Assembly (NCBI GenBank): GCA_951406725.2 | Contig: OX597837.1 | Location: forward strand, 18,786,001-18,850,000 | DNA from: Octopus vulgaris | Taxonomy: Eukaryota | Reading direction: 5' to 3' | DNA length: 64,000 nucleotides | Shown: positions 12,361-25,857 of the stretch, one piece after another | Position numbering within the stretch: the stretch's first letter is position 1 | Layout of the letters: each line of letters starts with the position of its first letter | The notes under the pieces: model-generated | The model's input: the letters and a program-made list of their open reading frames with translations, nothing else | Told to the model about the DNA's origin: nothing | The model's database searches: none | Made by a program: the position numbers and the translations under genes

Positions 12361-14399
12361 GTCTCCTCCTGTTCTCTTTAGTCCATAAGAGAATGAATTA
12401 AACCATAAGCTATTGTTCGTTGTTAAATTTAGTTTTCCATGAATGCTCATGTAATAAGGAATAGAACAAAATAAACAAAAATCGCTTATATAATGTGTTC
12501 CTAACATAAACACAAAGCAAGAACTTTCAGTGTAGTGGTCTATGTCGATCATAATCACTCCAATACTTGAAATGATGAAAGACGAAGTTGACTTCGGTGG
12601 GATTTGAATTCAGAATGCAGTAAGTCAGAACAAATATCACAGAATATTGTCATGGATACTGTTGGGAACAGTATCCATCCATCCATCCATCTTATCGTGG
12701 GGATAGGGTCCTCAGCTACCTTCTCCATAGAGTCCTATTAGGAGCAACTGTAATTAGATTTTCTGGTTGGATTCTCAGGCATGACCAACTGAAACTATGG
12801 CTATTTTCCAACCATCATACCATCTACCACTAAGTCTCCTGCTTGAACCTTTTAGGTAACATTCTAATCATGTCTGTAGGACGGAGTTGTGACTTCTCAA
12901 TGCAGAGAAGTGACAGTTCGCTGCAGAGACTTCCTGATCTCCAAGCTACGGTACCTAGTCATGTAACGTTACCTCAGATGTCTTTCCGGGGAAAGACATC
13001 GCTTGTATTCGCGATTGTACTCTTTCAGTCATTGTCCAACAACCATGACCATAGGGGACAATAGAGAGGCAAAATACATAGAATTAAAATAAGGGATTTA
13101 CAAGAAGACCAATAAAGACACAACATTAAATAATTAAAAAAGAACTCACAGTACAGAACAAAAGTTCTCCGACATAATGGAAGCAACAACAGACACAGCA
13201 CTGGATTACCCTGACTCACTAAAGGTATATGCCTTTTCCCTATTATTTCCGCTAACCTACAGCCAGATAATTTAGGTCCATTTAGGCTTGCCTGTTTTCC
13301 CAGTTTCCTCAGCCTCACCCATGTTTCATAAATTGAACGGTGGGAGTGGACATCACCTCCCTTGCTACCTTAACCTTCCAGCTCAAGTAGTACTAGGAGA
13401 AGTTGATGAAGGATTGACCTGAGAACACAAGCAATCCCATTGCACTGTCCCCAGTCAAATTCGATTCAGTAACAATTAAACTATTGAACTGATGTACAGT
13501 TCATCCGATTATTCTTTTACGCCCAGAAGTCACAATCTAACAACGAAGCGGTACGCTATAATAAAGGACTACACATGTGTTAACAACTATTTCACTATGC
13601 TAGAACCGTAAAAATAACATACTGTGCAAATATTTAGATTTTGGAAATGGCTTGTATATACAAATATTCCTTTATCTGTTTCAGTCATTGGACTGCAGCC
13701 ATGCTGGGGCGCCTCCGTCAATGGTTTAAGCCGTTCACATCGACCCCAGAACTTTGGTAGTTAATTTATTTGTCAGACCATGAAGTTACGGAACATAGAC
13801 GAACACCGATATTAACTTAAAGATAGACAAGGACACGGACACACTTACATACATACACACATAAACAACCGCAAACACGAATGTATACACATACTTCTTA
13901 ACCAGTGAGTCTTATGACGAAATTGAGTAATATTGCTCTCTTACATTAGTGCTGTAAAAAAATAACGCTATACTCTAATTGATCTGCAAATCCATCAGCG
14001 TCAACACAGGAAGGGGAATAACTCTTTAATAAACGTAGAAGGGAAATAACTCTTGCTTTATACATTCAAGTTCATGTATTCTTCAAAAGATGTACACGTA
14101 ACTGTACTACATATTTTCTTTTTGTGATATATTTAAAGCTCCTGCTACTTATTTGTCTAATTTGCATAAGATGTAAGCCATAACACCGACTGACCGTTGA
14201 GTCGTTGTGCACTCTGTAATTAAACATCCCGTTTAGATGAGCTAAACCTGTATTGTCTGAATTCATGCGCCTCTAAACTTGAGCAAATGTATGTATGCGA
14301 GCGCACACACACACACACGCACGCACGCACGCACACACACACACATACATGTGTATGAGGTTTGATATCAAAGCTAGAGATCTTTACTGAAGTGGAACC

Positions 14400-15040
14400 G
14401 ACAGATTTGGTCTGTGTGGAGGTTAAGAAGTAAACGTCGAGAAAGGAGTGTAAATAAGTAGGGAACTATTAATCTATAGTGACCAGAAATGGGGAAAGAG
14501 TGCTATCGATAGAGACTGGAATGTCAATGAAGTCGATGATTGCAGTGATGGTGTTGGATCTGATAGTAGTGAATTCCAGTGTGGCGGTGGAAGAGACGAA
14601 AAGACTGAATTGTTCCTTTGTGAGAGAAGCGGCCTCATTACAAGCATCGATATAACGGTCACATATCTCCGGGTTCGGTCTAGTGAACTGCGTAGAAACA
14701 TTGTACCTCGATGTGATCCACAAACAAGTTACTCAAGGATATTCTGCTCCCATGGTGGTAATCATCTCAGAAGAAGAAGCAGTTTAAAGTGAGGACGAGT
14801 TGAACGAAAAGTGCAAGAATGCTAGATATGAAGGAGGTGTGCAGCACGGAAAAAAGAACTTAAGAGCTTTCATATCCATGACTATGATAGGACATCTTCA
14901 TCGAAGTAATAGTATCTGGAGTCGTGGATTTTGTAATGAGGAGCTTAGGAAGTTCATGGTGATGGAATGTAGAGCTGGATGACATAATTTTTGCTTTAGG
15001 TATAGAAGACAGTAATCAGAAGCTGCATGTAAAGACAAGT
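14400..15040 (-). mobile_element. Decayed Penelope-like RT fragment
   Basis: PEICDRYIDAC...LEFT...DFIDIPVSI, paralogous to 11870-12358. Confidence 0.65.
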
Positions 15041-15059
15041 TAAAGCTTTGGAATGGTCA

Positions 15060-15420
15060 AAATTACTGAGTTTAGCTAAGTTTAAAAATGTAAATCGCAG
15101 TCGAACTTATCCTTGAAAATAACACATTTTTCCAATAGAAAGAATTACATCCAAGTTTGAGCACAGGGATGGGAACAAGATTTTCTCACGATTCTGCAAA
15201 CTCCATAATGAGATACTTAGAAAAACAACTCTATCTAGGAGAGAGGAAAACTACGGCACTGAATTTAGAAGGTATATTGAAGATACGTGGAAGAGATATC
15301 TTGACGATAGCTTCATAATCTGGACAAAATCTCTGGATACTCTGGAAGAATTCAATGTCCTCCTGAACAATCTGCACCCAACTCTCCAATTTACAAAGGA
15401 GATAGTCAAATTTCACTTAA
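15060..15420 (+). mobile_element. Penelope-like RT fragment
   Basis: TGMGTRF...AN..M.YLE and RYLDDSFIIWTKSLDTLEEFNVLLNNLHPTLQFT. Confidence 0.8.
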
Positions 15421-15499
15421 CACTTCAACAGCACTTTTCTCACGGTAAAACAAGAGTTTTTGTGTGAGTGACAGCAGGTGCGTTTACCAGATGCCTTCG

Positions 15500-17280
15500 C
15501 TAAGCCGGAATCATGTCTTCGCCACTTGGCGGGTTGACAAATGTGGGGCACTGGTGAATTTAGACCAGTCTAACGCATTTGATAGGGTTGACCATCGGTA
15601 TCTGGCGGCGGTCCTCCGGGCGGTCGACTTTCCGTGGATGGATCAATGCTATGTATAGCGACATCGATTCAGTCGTCCGGGTGAACGGTTTCTTCTCGGA
15701 GCCGTTCGCGACTGAGCGTTCAGTTCGTCAGGGCTGCCCTTGTCCCCGCTCCTGTATGTGCTGGCTCTTGAGCCACTGCTGCGGATGTTGGAGGCCACGG
15801 GGAAAGACCCGCGTGATCTATGTTATGGTAGAGGAGCGATGGCATATGCAGATGATGTCTCCATCATCGTGTATGATGGGGGGCAGCTACCTCATGTAGA
15901 AGACGCCATCAAAAGATACGAAGCGGTGGAAGGAGCAAAAATTAACCAGGAAAAATCAGTCGGCTTGCAACTCGGCACTTGGAGGGGCAAGTCGATGCTT
16001 CCCAACAGCATCATAGGACGTTGGACGGAGGGCCCTGTTAAACTGCTTGGGGTCTGGTTTAGACCAGATTTCCAGATGGAGAAAAACTGGAGCGACGTCA
16101 CAGGCAAGGTGTCAGCCATAACCCAGACTTGGTCTGAGAGGTCGCTATCCTCGCTAGGGAGGGCCGAGGTTGCTCAGGTGTTTATAGCATATGTGATAAC
16201 CTACCGCCTAACCGTTGTGCCTTACCCCGGTGTGTGGCTGACCAAGATGGAACGGATCCTTTTCCACTTTTTGTGGAATGGGAAACCACCACTTGTGAAG
16301 CGCTCCATCTGCTACCAGAAACCGTTAAAGGGCGGGTTAGGGATGCCTTGGCTGATGATGCGCATGTATGCGCTGAGGCTGAGACACCACTGGCTCTACC
16401 TGGATGGTGAACGGGTGTGGTCACCGCATGTCAAGTTCTTCTTGCCACAATTGACGTTCTTGCGGGACGTGGGCGCATGGATCACGCGGAGACCAAAAAT
16501 GAGCGAATGGCAGAGGGAGTGCAGACATGCACTTGCTCTGTTCTCCCGAGCGAGCAATACTGGCAGCAGGGCTGCCACTGCGGATCTTTATAGCGGGTTG
16601 GTAGAGCACATGTCCGACGACGTCCTGGGGGGAGACTCTAGGCTTCGATGAGGAACAACTTGTCAACTTGTTCGGAAGAACATTCGGGCTGGGGTATCTG
16701 GATAACTTCCAGAAATCCTTGGCCTGGTTGTGCTAATGATCGGCCTTGCCAGTTTGAGAGAGGTTGTCAAGACATAGTGCAGGTATCCCACCCGTATGCC
16801 CGAGATGCGGGCGTGTCCATGAAACTGTCACGCACGCCTCCGTACATTGTGAGGAACTGAGGGGATTCAAAACCTATGTCAAACAACTTGTGTCAGATAC
16901 AGAAAGAGTACGGTTATCGACTGAGTCTATCATCAAGATCGTGCCGCCTCCTTCCTTTGACAAGGACAAGGAAGCGTCATTTTTCTGCGTAGTAGCCGTA
17001 TTGAAAGAGACAGTGTGGGTGACGCGTGGAAGAGGAATTGAGACAAGCAACTTTATCTCCGGACACGGGTTGATTAGTTTTTTTTAACTACCACCTGTCC
17101 TGGAAGATCAGTCTGGAGAAGAGGTGCCTGCCTCAAAGAACGTTTGAGAAAAGATGGACAAATGTCGTAAGGAAGTTGAGGGTGAATGGGGCCGCGCTAG
17201 TGAACAGAAAAGAAGGGAAAAAAAAACAAAAGAAAAAACAACAAAATAATTAATATAAGAGTAAAAAAGGAAGAAAAAAA
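15500..17280 (+). mobile_element. Tx1/L1-clade LINE, 5'-truncated ORF2 with A-rich tail
   Basis: LDQSNAFDRVDH, SVRQGCP-SPLLYVLALEPL, AYADDV, GAKINQEKS, KGGLG, CPRC...ETVTHASVHC zinc knuckle. Confidence 0.88.
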
Positions 17281-17406
17281 GCCGGCGGGTCGAACACAAA
17301 CCCGGAAAATATATTATCACTTAATTTTAAATTCATTTCGATTTCATTGTATTCTTCATATTCATTCGATTTCATTATATCCAATTTTTATATACGAACT
17401 AGCTAA

Positions 17407-17893
17407 TGTATAACCCCAGTCCCTAAATGTTTTGTGCCGTCCCCACTATGTGAGCCATGTATTGGCACTAAAGAAATTAGTGAGAGCGACAGTTGGTGTG
17501 AACGGACAACTAGAGTCATGGCCACAGGCAGGCAGCCACTAGAGGCCAAACGGCCAGAGCGAAAAAGAAAGTTACCATCAGCGACTATGCGAGACAAGTT
17601 CCCTCCACTTTCTCACTTTCACTAACTTACTTTCTTTTCTCTGTAACATTACCATATCTCTCTATATATACTACTATGAGATCGTGTACTCATATATCGG
17701 CAGAAATTAGCTCTTTTTACCTCGCATGCTTTTCCATTTACTAATTATACATACCAACCCATCATAGTTTTGGATATATACAAAGTAACGGTAAATAAAA
17801 ATCTCTTTACAACTTCAATCACTGTTCTTCTTCCATCCTGCATACTGGCGACCAACACCTAACAACAACCGTTACAAATTGGTGACCCTCGAC
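17407..17893 (+). mobile_element. Gypsy-type LTR (17407-17876) with primer-binding site
   Basis: TGTA...GTTACA termini, AATAAA-like signal near 17794, then TGGTGACCCTCGAC (tRNA 3'-end complement) 3 nt after the LTR. Confidence 0.7.
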
Positions 17894-18005
17894 TGCAACG
17901 AAGAACTAACCGTTACATACATACATACACACACACACAAACACATGTACCGTTGGCAATTTTTTTCCCTCTGTCTTCCCTTCTCTGGATTTTTCCTTCT
18001 CCTAT

Positions 18006-18040
18006 GTTTCCGACGAAGAGCTCCGCTCGAAACGTTAAAC
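18006..18040 (+). ncRNA. Minimal hammerhead motif with variant core CCGACGA
   Basis: GUUU-CCGACGA-A-GAGC-UCC-GCUC-GAAA-CG-UU-AAAC. Confidence 0.65.
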
Positions 18041-18126
18041 CCTCCTTCTTCCCTTCCTTCCTGAGCGTCCAATAATAGTATATTTGTTCCACGTCCTCGC
18101 GTTGTTGTGTTTTCTTGTTTGGATTA

Positions 18127-18243
<117 letters not shown>

Positions 18244-18976
18244 CAATAAGAAAATGGAGGGGATCAATAGGTGGGTCATCAACTTTTAGACATTATATTA
18301 TGTCAACTTATTTATTTATTCATTCACTAAAATGACAATTACAAGAATATACATTCATGTATAACATATTATGCTTTACATATAAAATATATAAAACTTA
18401 TATCATTTTTATAGGTAAATATAAATAAGTTTGCGTATTATTGTTATAATTATAATGAAATAAACTAATGCACTGATCCTCCCTTCTAAACATATATAAT
18501 ACCGTACGTATATATAAGTATGCGGAAAATATATATATGTATATATATATATGTATATATTTGTGCGTGTGTGCATGTGTGTGTGTGTATATATGTTCCT
18601 CGTGTGTATGCAGTTTCGTTCTTACATAACTGAAATAACTTTAAGATATATCGATTTTATAAATTACAAATTACTCTTCGTATAACTTTCTCATACCTCT
18701 GTTTATATTTTATCTAATATGAATAATTTAATGCATCTAATGATAATAAAAATAATTGATTATTGTGTATGCTTATAAATGTAAATATGTATGTACATTT
18801 AAGTATAGATATTATCCCTTAGTGGGTTGGATTCACAACCTTTAACTCTCTTGGAATATATATATATATATATATATATCCTTCCCTTCTTTCCTGAGCA
18901 TCAATAATACTTTAATTGTTCCACGTCCTGCGTTGCTGTGTTTTTCTCTTTTTTTTCTGTTTTCTTGTTTGGATTA

Positions 18977-19040
<64 letters not shown>

Positions 19041-19243
19041 TATTTAATTTGAGGATATGTAAGCTTCATGAAGGGATGGTATCATCCAAGGAAATGTTGG
19101 TTCAATACCTAGTATTTTGGGAGAATGAATTTCCTTAACATAATAGGTATATATAAACCATATACTGTTCTATATTTAAGAGATGAGGAATTATGTTCAT
19201 TATTTACAGTTGACGGATATTTGTACTCGTCTTGTTTGTTGTT

Positions 19244-19289
19244 AACACAACGTTTTGGCTGATATACCCTCCAGCTTTCATCAGGTGTC
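19244..19289 (-). ncRNA. Minimal hammerhead motif (G12A in this copy); deleted mirror copy on + at 19558-19585
   Basis: GACAC-CUGAUGA-AAGCUG-GAGGGUAUAU-CAGCC-AAAA-CG-UU-GUGUU; the mirror copy keeps GAAA. Confidence 0.6.
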
Positions 19290-19460
19290 TTGGGAAAAAT
19301 TTTGAACCTGGGTTCTCATTCCTAAGGTATTTTCGATGTTATCATCATCATCATCATTATTATTATTATTCAGGTCACTGCCTGGAATCGAACTCGGAAT
19401 CTTGGGGTTAGTAGCCCGCGCTCTTAACCCCAAGATTCCGAGTTCGATTCCAGGCAGTGA

Positions 19461-19499
<39 letters not shown>

Positions 19500-21351
19500 T
19501 GATGATAACATCGAAAAATACCTTTGGAATGAGAACCCAGGTTCGAAATTTCCCCAAGACAGCTGATGAAGGCCGAAACATTGTTATCAACAAACAAGAT
19601 GAGGACAAATATCCGTCAACTGTAAATAATTTAAATAATGTATAAAACATATAGTTTATATCCATTTAAATGAAGAAAAGAAAATGGAGATTAGAAAGTT
19701 AATAATTGTTTTATTATTAATAACAAATTGGTCATCTTCGCTTCTTACTACCGTATTTCTGCCGCCCAAATTCCACTTACAATATTGTCTTGTTCAACCT
19801 GAGCTTCTCGTGGGGGACACTTGCCAAGGTGCTGTACAGTACATTTGAACTCAGAGTCCCTGTGTCATAAAGTAAACTTCATAAACATACAATAATACAA
19901 CTATACAAAAGGATATACCATCAATTAATTGCTTATAGATTCCTGTTGATAGTTACTACTTGCTGTTGTTCAGCTCCAAGTCAACTCTGATCTGCCTGGC
20001 ATATTAGCCGTGATCTTCCCTTCTTTTAATTATGCAATGTATGCTTTGGACAACATCATCCATTCTTCCTTTCGGACGATCAGACTCGATTCGAGAGAGA
20101 TTTGGCTGCCGTTTCTCGCATGTGATGCGCTCACATAGAGGTCCCATAACTGCTTGGCTTAGTTTTGTGATTTGAGGATATTTTTTTGATAGGATAGTAA
20201 TTCTCAATTATCTCCCTTGACTTAGTCCTAATCGAGATCCGCCGCAGACTCGGCCAAAGTTTTCATCCGGGTTTCGTACTCAGACAAAAGCTTACTTAAT
20301 CTGGATATTGCACAACAAAGCGTAAGTTACCATAAAATGGAATGAATCACACTGAATGTTTCTGGCGTTGATATCATGTGAGTATTTTAATGAAACATCT
20401 CCATAACACTATCTAGTTATTGAGCGCAGGTGTGTGTGTGTCTTTATATATTTATATATATATATATACACGCACACACGAAGATGGAATGTGATGTGAG
20501 GGAGATTTGACTACTATTTCTCGCAGCTAAGACGACTCGCTGGCGGCTCTTTTGTTTTGTTTTTCTTTATTCTGCGAAGTTGCTATCCTCAAGTAGATTC
20601 TTTTGGTGATCCCCATATAAGTAATTATGGTAGTTACCTTTCCAATATTACAGGTTAAGAACATTTTGACAGATGAAACATGATATGACAAATGGTGAGG
20701 ATTACGACATTATCAGTGAAAATCGCTGTTCTTTTCTCTTCTCTTGTGTAATTGTGTGCGCGCGTATTAATGCGTGCACACATGAATATAAGCATACGAG
20801 CACAAACATGTTTGTGTGCCTGTGTTGATTGACCCTCAACGTAGTTCTTAACCTGCTTGAAATAACTGCCAAATCTCCCTTAGACTATATCTTATTGTCT
20901 TAAAGAAGGATTAACACTGAAAGAAAGAAAGTACTGGTCCTAACTAAAATGTATTTAACTATAGATCTGTCTGATCAGTACCGAAATAGTGTTTAACAAC
21001 AACTACTAGCGTGAGGCGACGATTGAGCCTCTACCGGTCTGTCGCAGAATGGACCCGGAGCTAAACTACTTACGATTACTTGTTACAAAAACCATGTGCA
21101 ATCAAACGGAATATAATAGGTTTTTATTCAGTTGTTTTTTATATATCTGACTCTGTGTCAATAGAACTGTGAGGAATTGTTAATTTCTGAGGAAATTCAA
21201 AATAAGACTGTGTAGCCCGTATGAATATCAAAAAAAAAAATGATGACGTGTGAGGAATTATTAAACTTCTGTTAGTGTTCAGTAATCTTAGCTGATATCA
21301 GGCAGCAGCGCATAGAGTTATGAAAAGTGCTAATTTGTCCAAATTTTAAAG

Positions 21352-21408
<57 letters not shown>

Positions 21409-21589
21409 AAATACTTATGTAAACAGAAACGTCAACCACCAAACTATTTGCTATATAACGGCGCATGTACATACACGCACGTATATGTATACATTACACA
21501 CACACACATGACTAAGTAAAATGTACTACGTATTTACTGCCCATCAGAAAGAGAATTCAGTGTGTATATGCATATATGTACGTATGTGT

Positions 21590-23620
21590 TGAAAGAGGAG
21601 TTAACACCAAATGCCTGTGGGGACTCCTTTGCACTGATGACTTTAGCTCTTTATCGGAATCACCCATAGATCTAGAAAAGAAATTAGAGTAGAACCAAAA
21701 ATTAGAATTGATAGGTATCAAAGTTTACTTAGCAAAGACTAAATAGGGGATAACAGGTAGCAGACAGGACCCTGTTACCATCTGGGAAATGGCCATGCTC
21801 AATATGCAGAAAAGGAGTTGCTAAGAATGCCATATGCTGTATTCAGTGTAAACAAGAGATGCAGCGGAATCACAGGGAGACTAACAGATGAGGCAGACTT
21901 CATATGTGACAAGTCCACTGAGGTAATAAGCAAAATAGCTCATGGGAAATTCTATCAAATGTCTGGAAGTTCCCTTGAAGTAGTTGATAATTTCTGCTAC
22001 ACAGGGCATCTAGTTAGCAGTGGGGTAGGTGTTCTGAAAGCATAGTAGCCAGTGTAAGGATGGTTGGAAAAACGTTCAAGAATCTATTACTTCTGCTGCC
22101 GACAAAAAAGCATCTCCCACAAGGTAAAGAGCAGATTGTAAGATGCATGTAAGATGCTACTTGGTAACTCTATATCGCCTTTGAATATAGAGGATTAGCA
22201 AGAAATAAAATAGTCATGCTCCACTGAATGTGTAATCTGAGAGAGCATAAATGATAAGATTTTACTGAGCTGAGGGGAAAAGTGATTATAAGAGGAATAA
22301 GATGTAGTGTGCAGGAAAGGAAACTGTGACGATATGGATATATGATGTGCATGGAGGATGCCAATTATATAAAGAAGTGCCACACACTCAAAGTATATGG
22401 AAGCTGTGGAAGAAAGAGACCAAGAAAGATTTGGGATAACATCTGACCTGAAGATGCTGCATGTCTTGCAGAAAATGAGTGTTGAGAGGTGATTTGTTCT
22501 CTTGGAGAGGATCCAACCACAGAAGACCTATCCAGCAGTACAAGCATGATCAATGAGAGTACATTACATTTATGTGTAAATGTATTCTTAGGAGTGTGTT
22601 TGTGTAGTTATATTTACCACTAAGTCTACTATTACAGCCTCTTCTGCACCAAGGTGCCTTTTCATCTCCCCGATATTCACTTTCATGTCATCCTTATCTC
22701 AGCCTACTAAATTCATGCTGTCTATTAATACGGGACCAGTCTACTTTCTATCCCCTACCATCATCCTCATCCCTAACCTCTCCTGCCCATCTTGAGGTCT
22801 ATGTATAAAAGACCATGCTATATTAAGCCTGTTGTACCCAGTGCACTTTACACTCAGCCTCCTCTTCACCCACACATCCTGGCTCTTCCTCTGTCATCAT
22901 CCTGTCCTCTGGGTCACATGACCTTAATTAATCACATATTAATCTTATTAGTTCATTTCCGTCACATTCCAGGGGGATAAACTACAAGTAGCTTGATAAT
23001 TTCTGCTACACAGGGCATCTAGTTAGCAGTGGGGTAGGTGTTCTGAAAGCATAGTAGCCAGTGTAAGGATGGTTGGAAAAACGTTCAAGAATCTATTACT
23101 TCTGCTGGTGACAAAGGGCCTCTCGTTCAGAGTAAAAGGCGGACTGTATGACATGTGTGTGAACAGCTATGCTACATGGCAGTGAAACATGGGCCGTGAC
23201 TGCTGAGGACATGAGTAAGCTTGCAAGGAATGAAGCCAGTATGCTCTGCTGGATGTATAATGTCAGTGTACATTCTTGACAGAGTGTAAGCGCCCTGAAA
23301 GAAAAGTTGGACTTAAGAAGCATCAGATGTAGTGTGCAGGAGAGGAAACTGTGACGATATGGATATATGATGTGCGTGGAGGATGCCAATTATATAAAGA
23401 AGTGCCACACACTCAAAGTATATGGAAGCTGTGGAAGAAAGAGACCAAGAAAGATTTGGGATAACATCTGACCTGAAGATTGGGCCTCACTGAGGCAATG
23501 ACAAGTGACCAAGACCTTTGGAGATATGCTGTGCTTGAGAAGACCTGGCAGGCCAAGTGAGACCATAACCATGGCCTATGCCAGTACTGTATAACCAGTC
23601 CATTTAAGAGCACCCTTCAA
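21590..23620 (+). mobile_element. Two adjacent decayed RTE-type LINE 3' fragments (21590-22560 and 22980-23620)
   Basis: Degenerate LLYADDL, VDNFCYLG, AMLHGSETW and GRPRK-like motifs; same family as 55945-57040. Confidence 0.75.
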
Positions 23621-23684
23621 TCATTGGACAATAAACTATACTTGCGAAGACCTGTTGAGGCAAGTGAAATCGAAATCGCTGTCA

Positions 23685-23945
23685 TGGCTGATGAGAGTAC
23701 TGCCTGATTGGCACCTGTACCAGTGGAGCATTAAAAGCACCATTTGAGTGTGATCATAGCCAGGGCCGCTGCCTGGCTCCCGTGCTGGTGGCACATAAAA
23801 AAGGACCATTTGAGCATGGTCATTGCTAGTGCCACCGGACTGGCTCCTGTGCAGGTGGCATGTAAAAAGCACCATTTGAGTGTGGCTGATGCCAGTACTG
23901 CCTGGCTGGCCCTCGTACCAGTGGCATGTAAAGGCACCCACTACA
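23685..23945 (+). repeat. Degenerate tandem repeat, about 60-bp unit, about 4 copies
   Basis: Recurring GGCATGTAAAAAGCACCATTTGAGTG / GCCAGTACTGCCTG. Confidence 0.75.
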
Positions 23946-24693
23946 TGCTTGGAGTGGTTGACATCAGGAAGGGCATGCTGCTGTAAAAACTTTGCCAGAT
24001 CAGATTGGAGACTGGTGCAGCTGTCTGGCTCGCCAGCCCTCAGTCAAACTGTCCAACCCATGCTAGCATGGAAATCAGACGTTAAATGATGATGATGACG
24101 ACGACGATGATGATACACACACACACACACACATATATGGATATGGATATAAAAATAAACAGATCAACATACAGATGGATAAGTACATAGGTTATAAGAA
24201 CAGACAAGCACACATATGCAAATGGATACTGACACACATGATCATATACACACACACTTTACTTCACACAAGGACATATATGGATCCACAGATCCACACA
24301 TATAGAGATGCACATCCATCCATACATACATATATACACACATACATACGTACATGCATGCATAGGCACACACATGCGCACAAACAAACAAAAAGGAACG
24401 CAGTGTAAATAATGGACAGAGTCAAGACTATTGAAAAGGTTGCAAGATGCAATGAAAATTTTAGGAAAATAAAAATAAATAAGTGGAAATTTTACCGGTG
24501 AGTGTGTTACATTATAAGGCACAAAAAAAAAATGACTCTCCCCAGACAACAGATTATGCTTCAACACACGTACTCATATAAAGAATCTTGCAAACCAAAT
24601 CCCAAAATGAAATATATGTATACATACATATATACATAAATACTGATATCATCATCGTTTAACGTCCGTTTTCCGTGCTAGCATGGGTTGGAC

Positions 24694-24774
<81 letters not shown>

Positions 24775-24789
24775 GTATGTATATGTATA

Positions 24790-24828
<39 letters not shown>

Positions 24829-25004
24829 TTGTTTTTTGCAAGCCTTATTATTATTGTATCCCCATCTAATAGCGTTATCGTTGTCTTTCGTCTCAAATGC
24901 TAGCTGAAGCATAAAAACTTTCACTCACAAAAACTTATTCACACACCGCAAAGCATTTCATCTCAATCCTGTCTTCTTTCTGCCGCCTAAAACCTCATCT
25001 TCTC

Positions 25005-25144
25005 CCCAATGCGCGGTGCGCCCGCCCTCCCACCCCCACCACCAATACCGGTGAACACTGTTCTCACCATCTACACTGGATACTCCCTCTTATGTTTCTC
25101 TATCTGTCTAACTATTTATCAAATTTCTCTATCTATCTAATTTC

Positions 25145-25180
<36 letters not shown>

Positions 25181-25229
25181 CATTCGTCTAAAATCAAACT
25201 TCGTATCTTCGCGCCATCTTGAAGTATGT
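25005..25229 (+). promoter_or_regulatory. Candidate IBTK promoter / non-coding first exon
   Basis: Local CpG/GC-rich patch with a GC box (CCCGCCC at about 25021) and a YY1-type CGCCATCTTG (25212-25221) followed by a donor-like gtatgt (25224). It lies about 0.9 kb upstream of the acceptor of the ATG exon. Confidence 0.45.
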
Positions 25230-25382
25230 CCCCTCTAATACACATATGTTCTCTCTCTCTCTCTCTCTCTCTCATTCATCTACAAGCTGTAGTCCTGAGT
25301 GCAGATAAGTTGAATGCTTAATTTTCACTTCGGTTACCATTTATTATTGTTTCTCTATCTGTCTAACTATTTATCAAATTTC

Positions 25383-25414
<32 letters not shown>

Positions 25415-25639
25415 CATTCGTCTAAAATCAAACTTCGTATCTTCACCCGCCCTGCCCACCCCCACCACCAATACCGGATATCTCTATATTTTGCTCCATC
25501 TATACCGGATGTCACTTCTCCCACCACCATTATAGGTGTCTACTCTTCGAACCCCCCTCTTCATATATATATATATATGTATATATATGTATATATATGT
25601 ATATATATGTATATATATATATATGTATATATATGTATG

Positions 25640-25704
<65 letters not shown>

Positions 25705-25821
25705 GATTGATTGATTGATTGATTGATTCTAGTTTCAGCTCATGAGCTGTGGCCATGCTGGGGCACCGCCATTTATATATACACATACATACATTCATAC
25801 ATACATACATACATACATACA

Positions 25822-25857
<36 letters not shown>

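Noticed and set aside
12653-13000. Small perfect hairpins (TGGATACTGTT-GGG-AACAGTATCCA; GATGTCTTTCC-GG-GGAAAGACATC)
   Set aside because: They are short and lie in what looks like decayed LINE sequence; no support for function.
19380-19460. Functional tRNA gene
   Set aside because: Only a partial tRNA-like head with no acceptor stem; it belongs to a repeat element.
21000-21340. Possible minus-strand non-coding exon (GTAAGT donor near 21073)
   Set aside because: Only a donor-like word and mild CpG enrichment; no ORF or matching acceptor.
23685-23945. Regularly spaced repeats resembling a CRISPR array
   Set aside because: The whole units are degenerate tandem copies without unique spacers; the context is eukaryotic and there are no cas genes.
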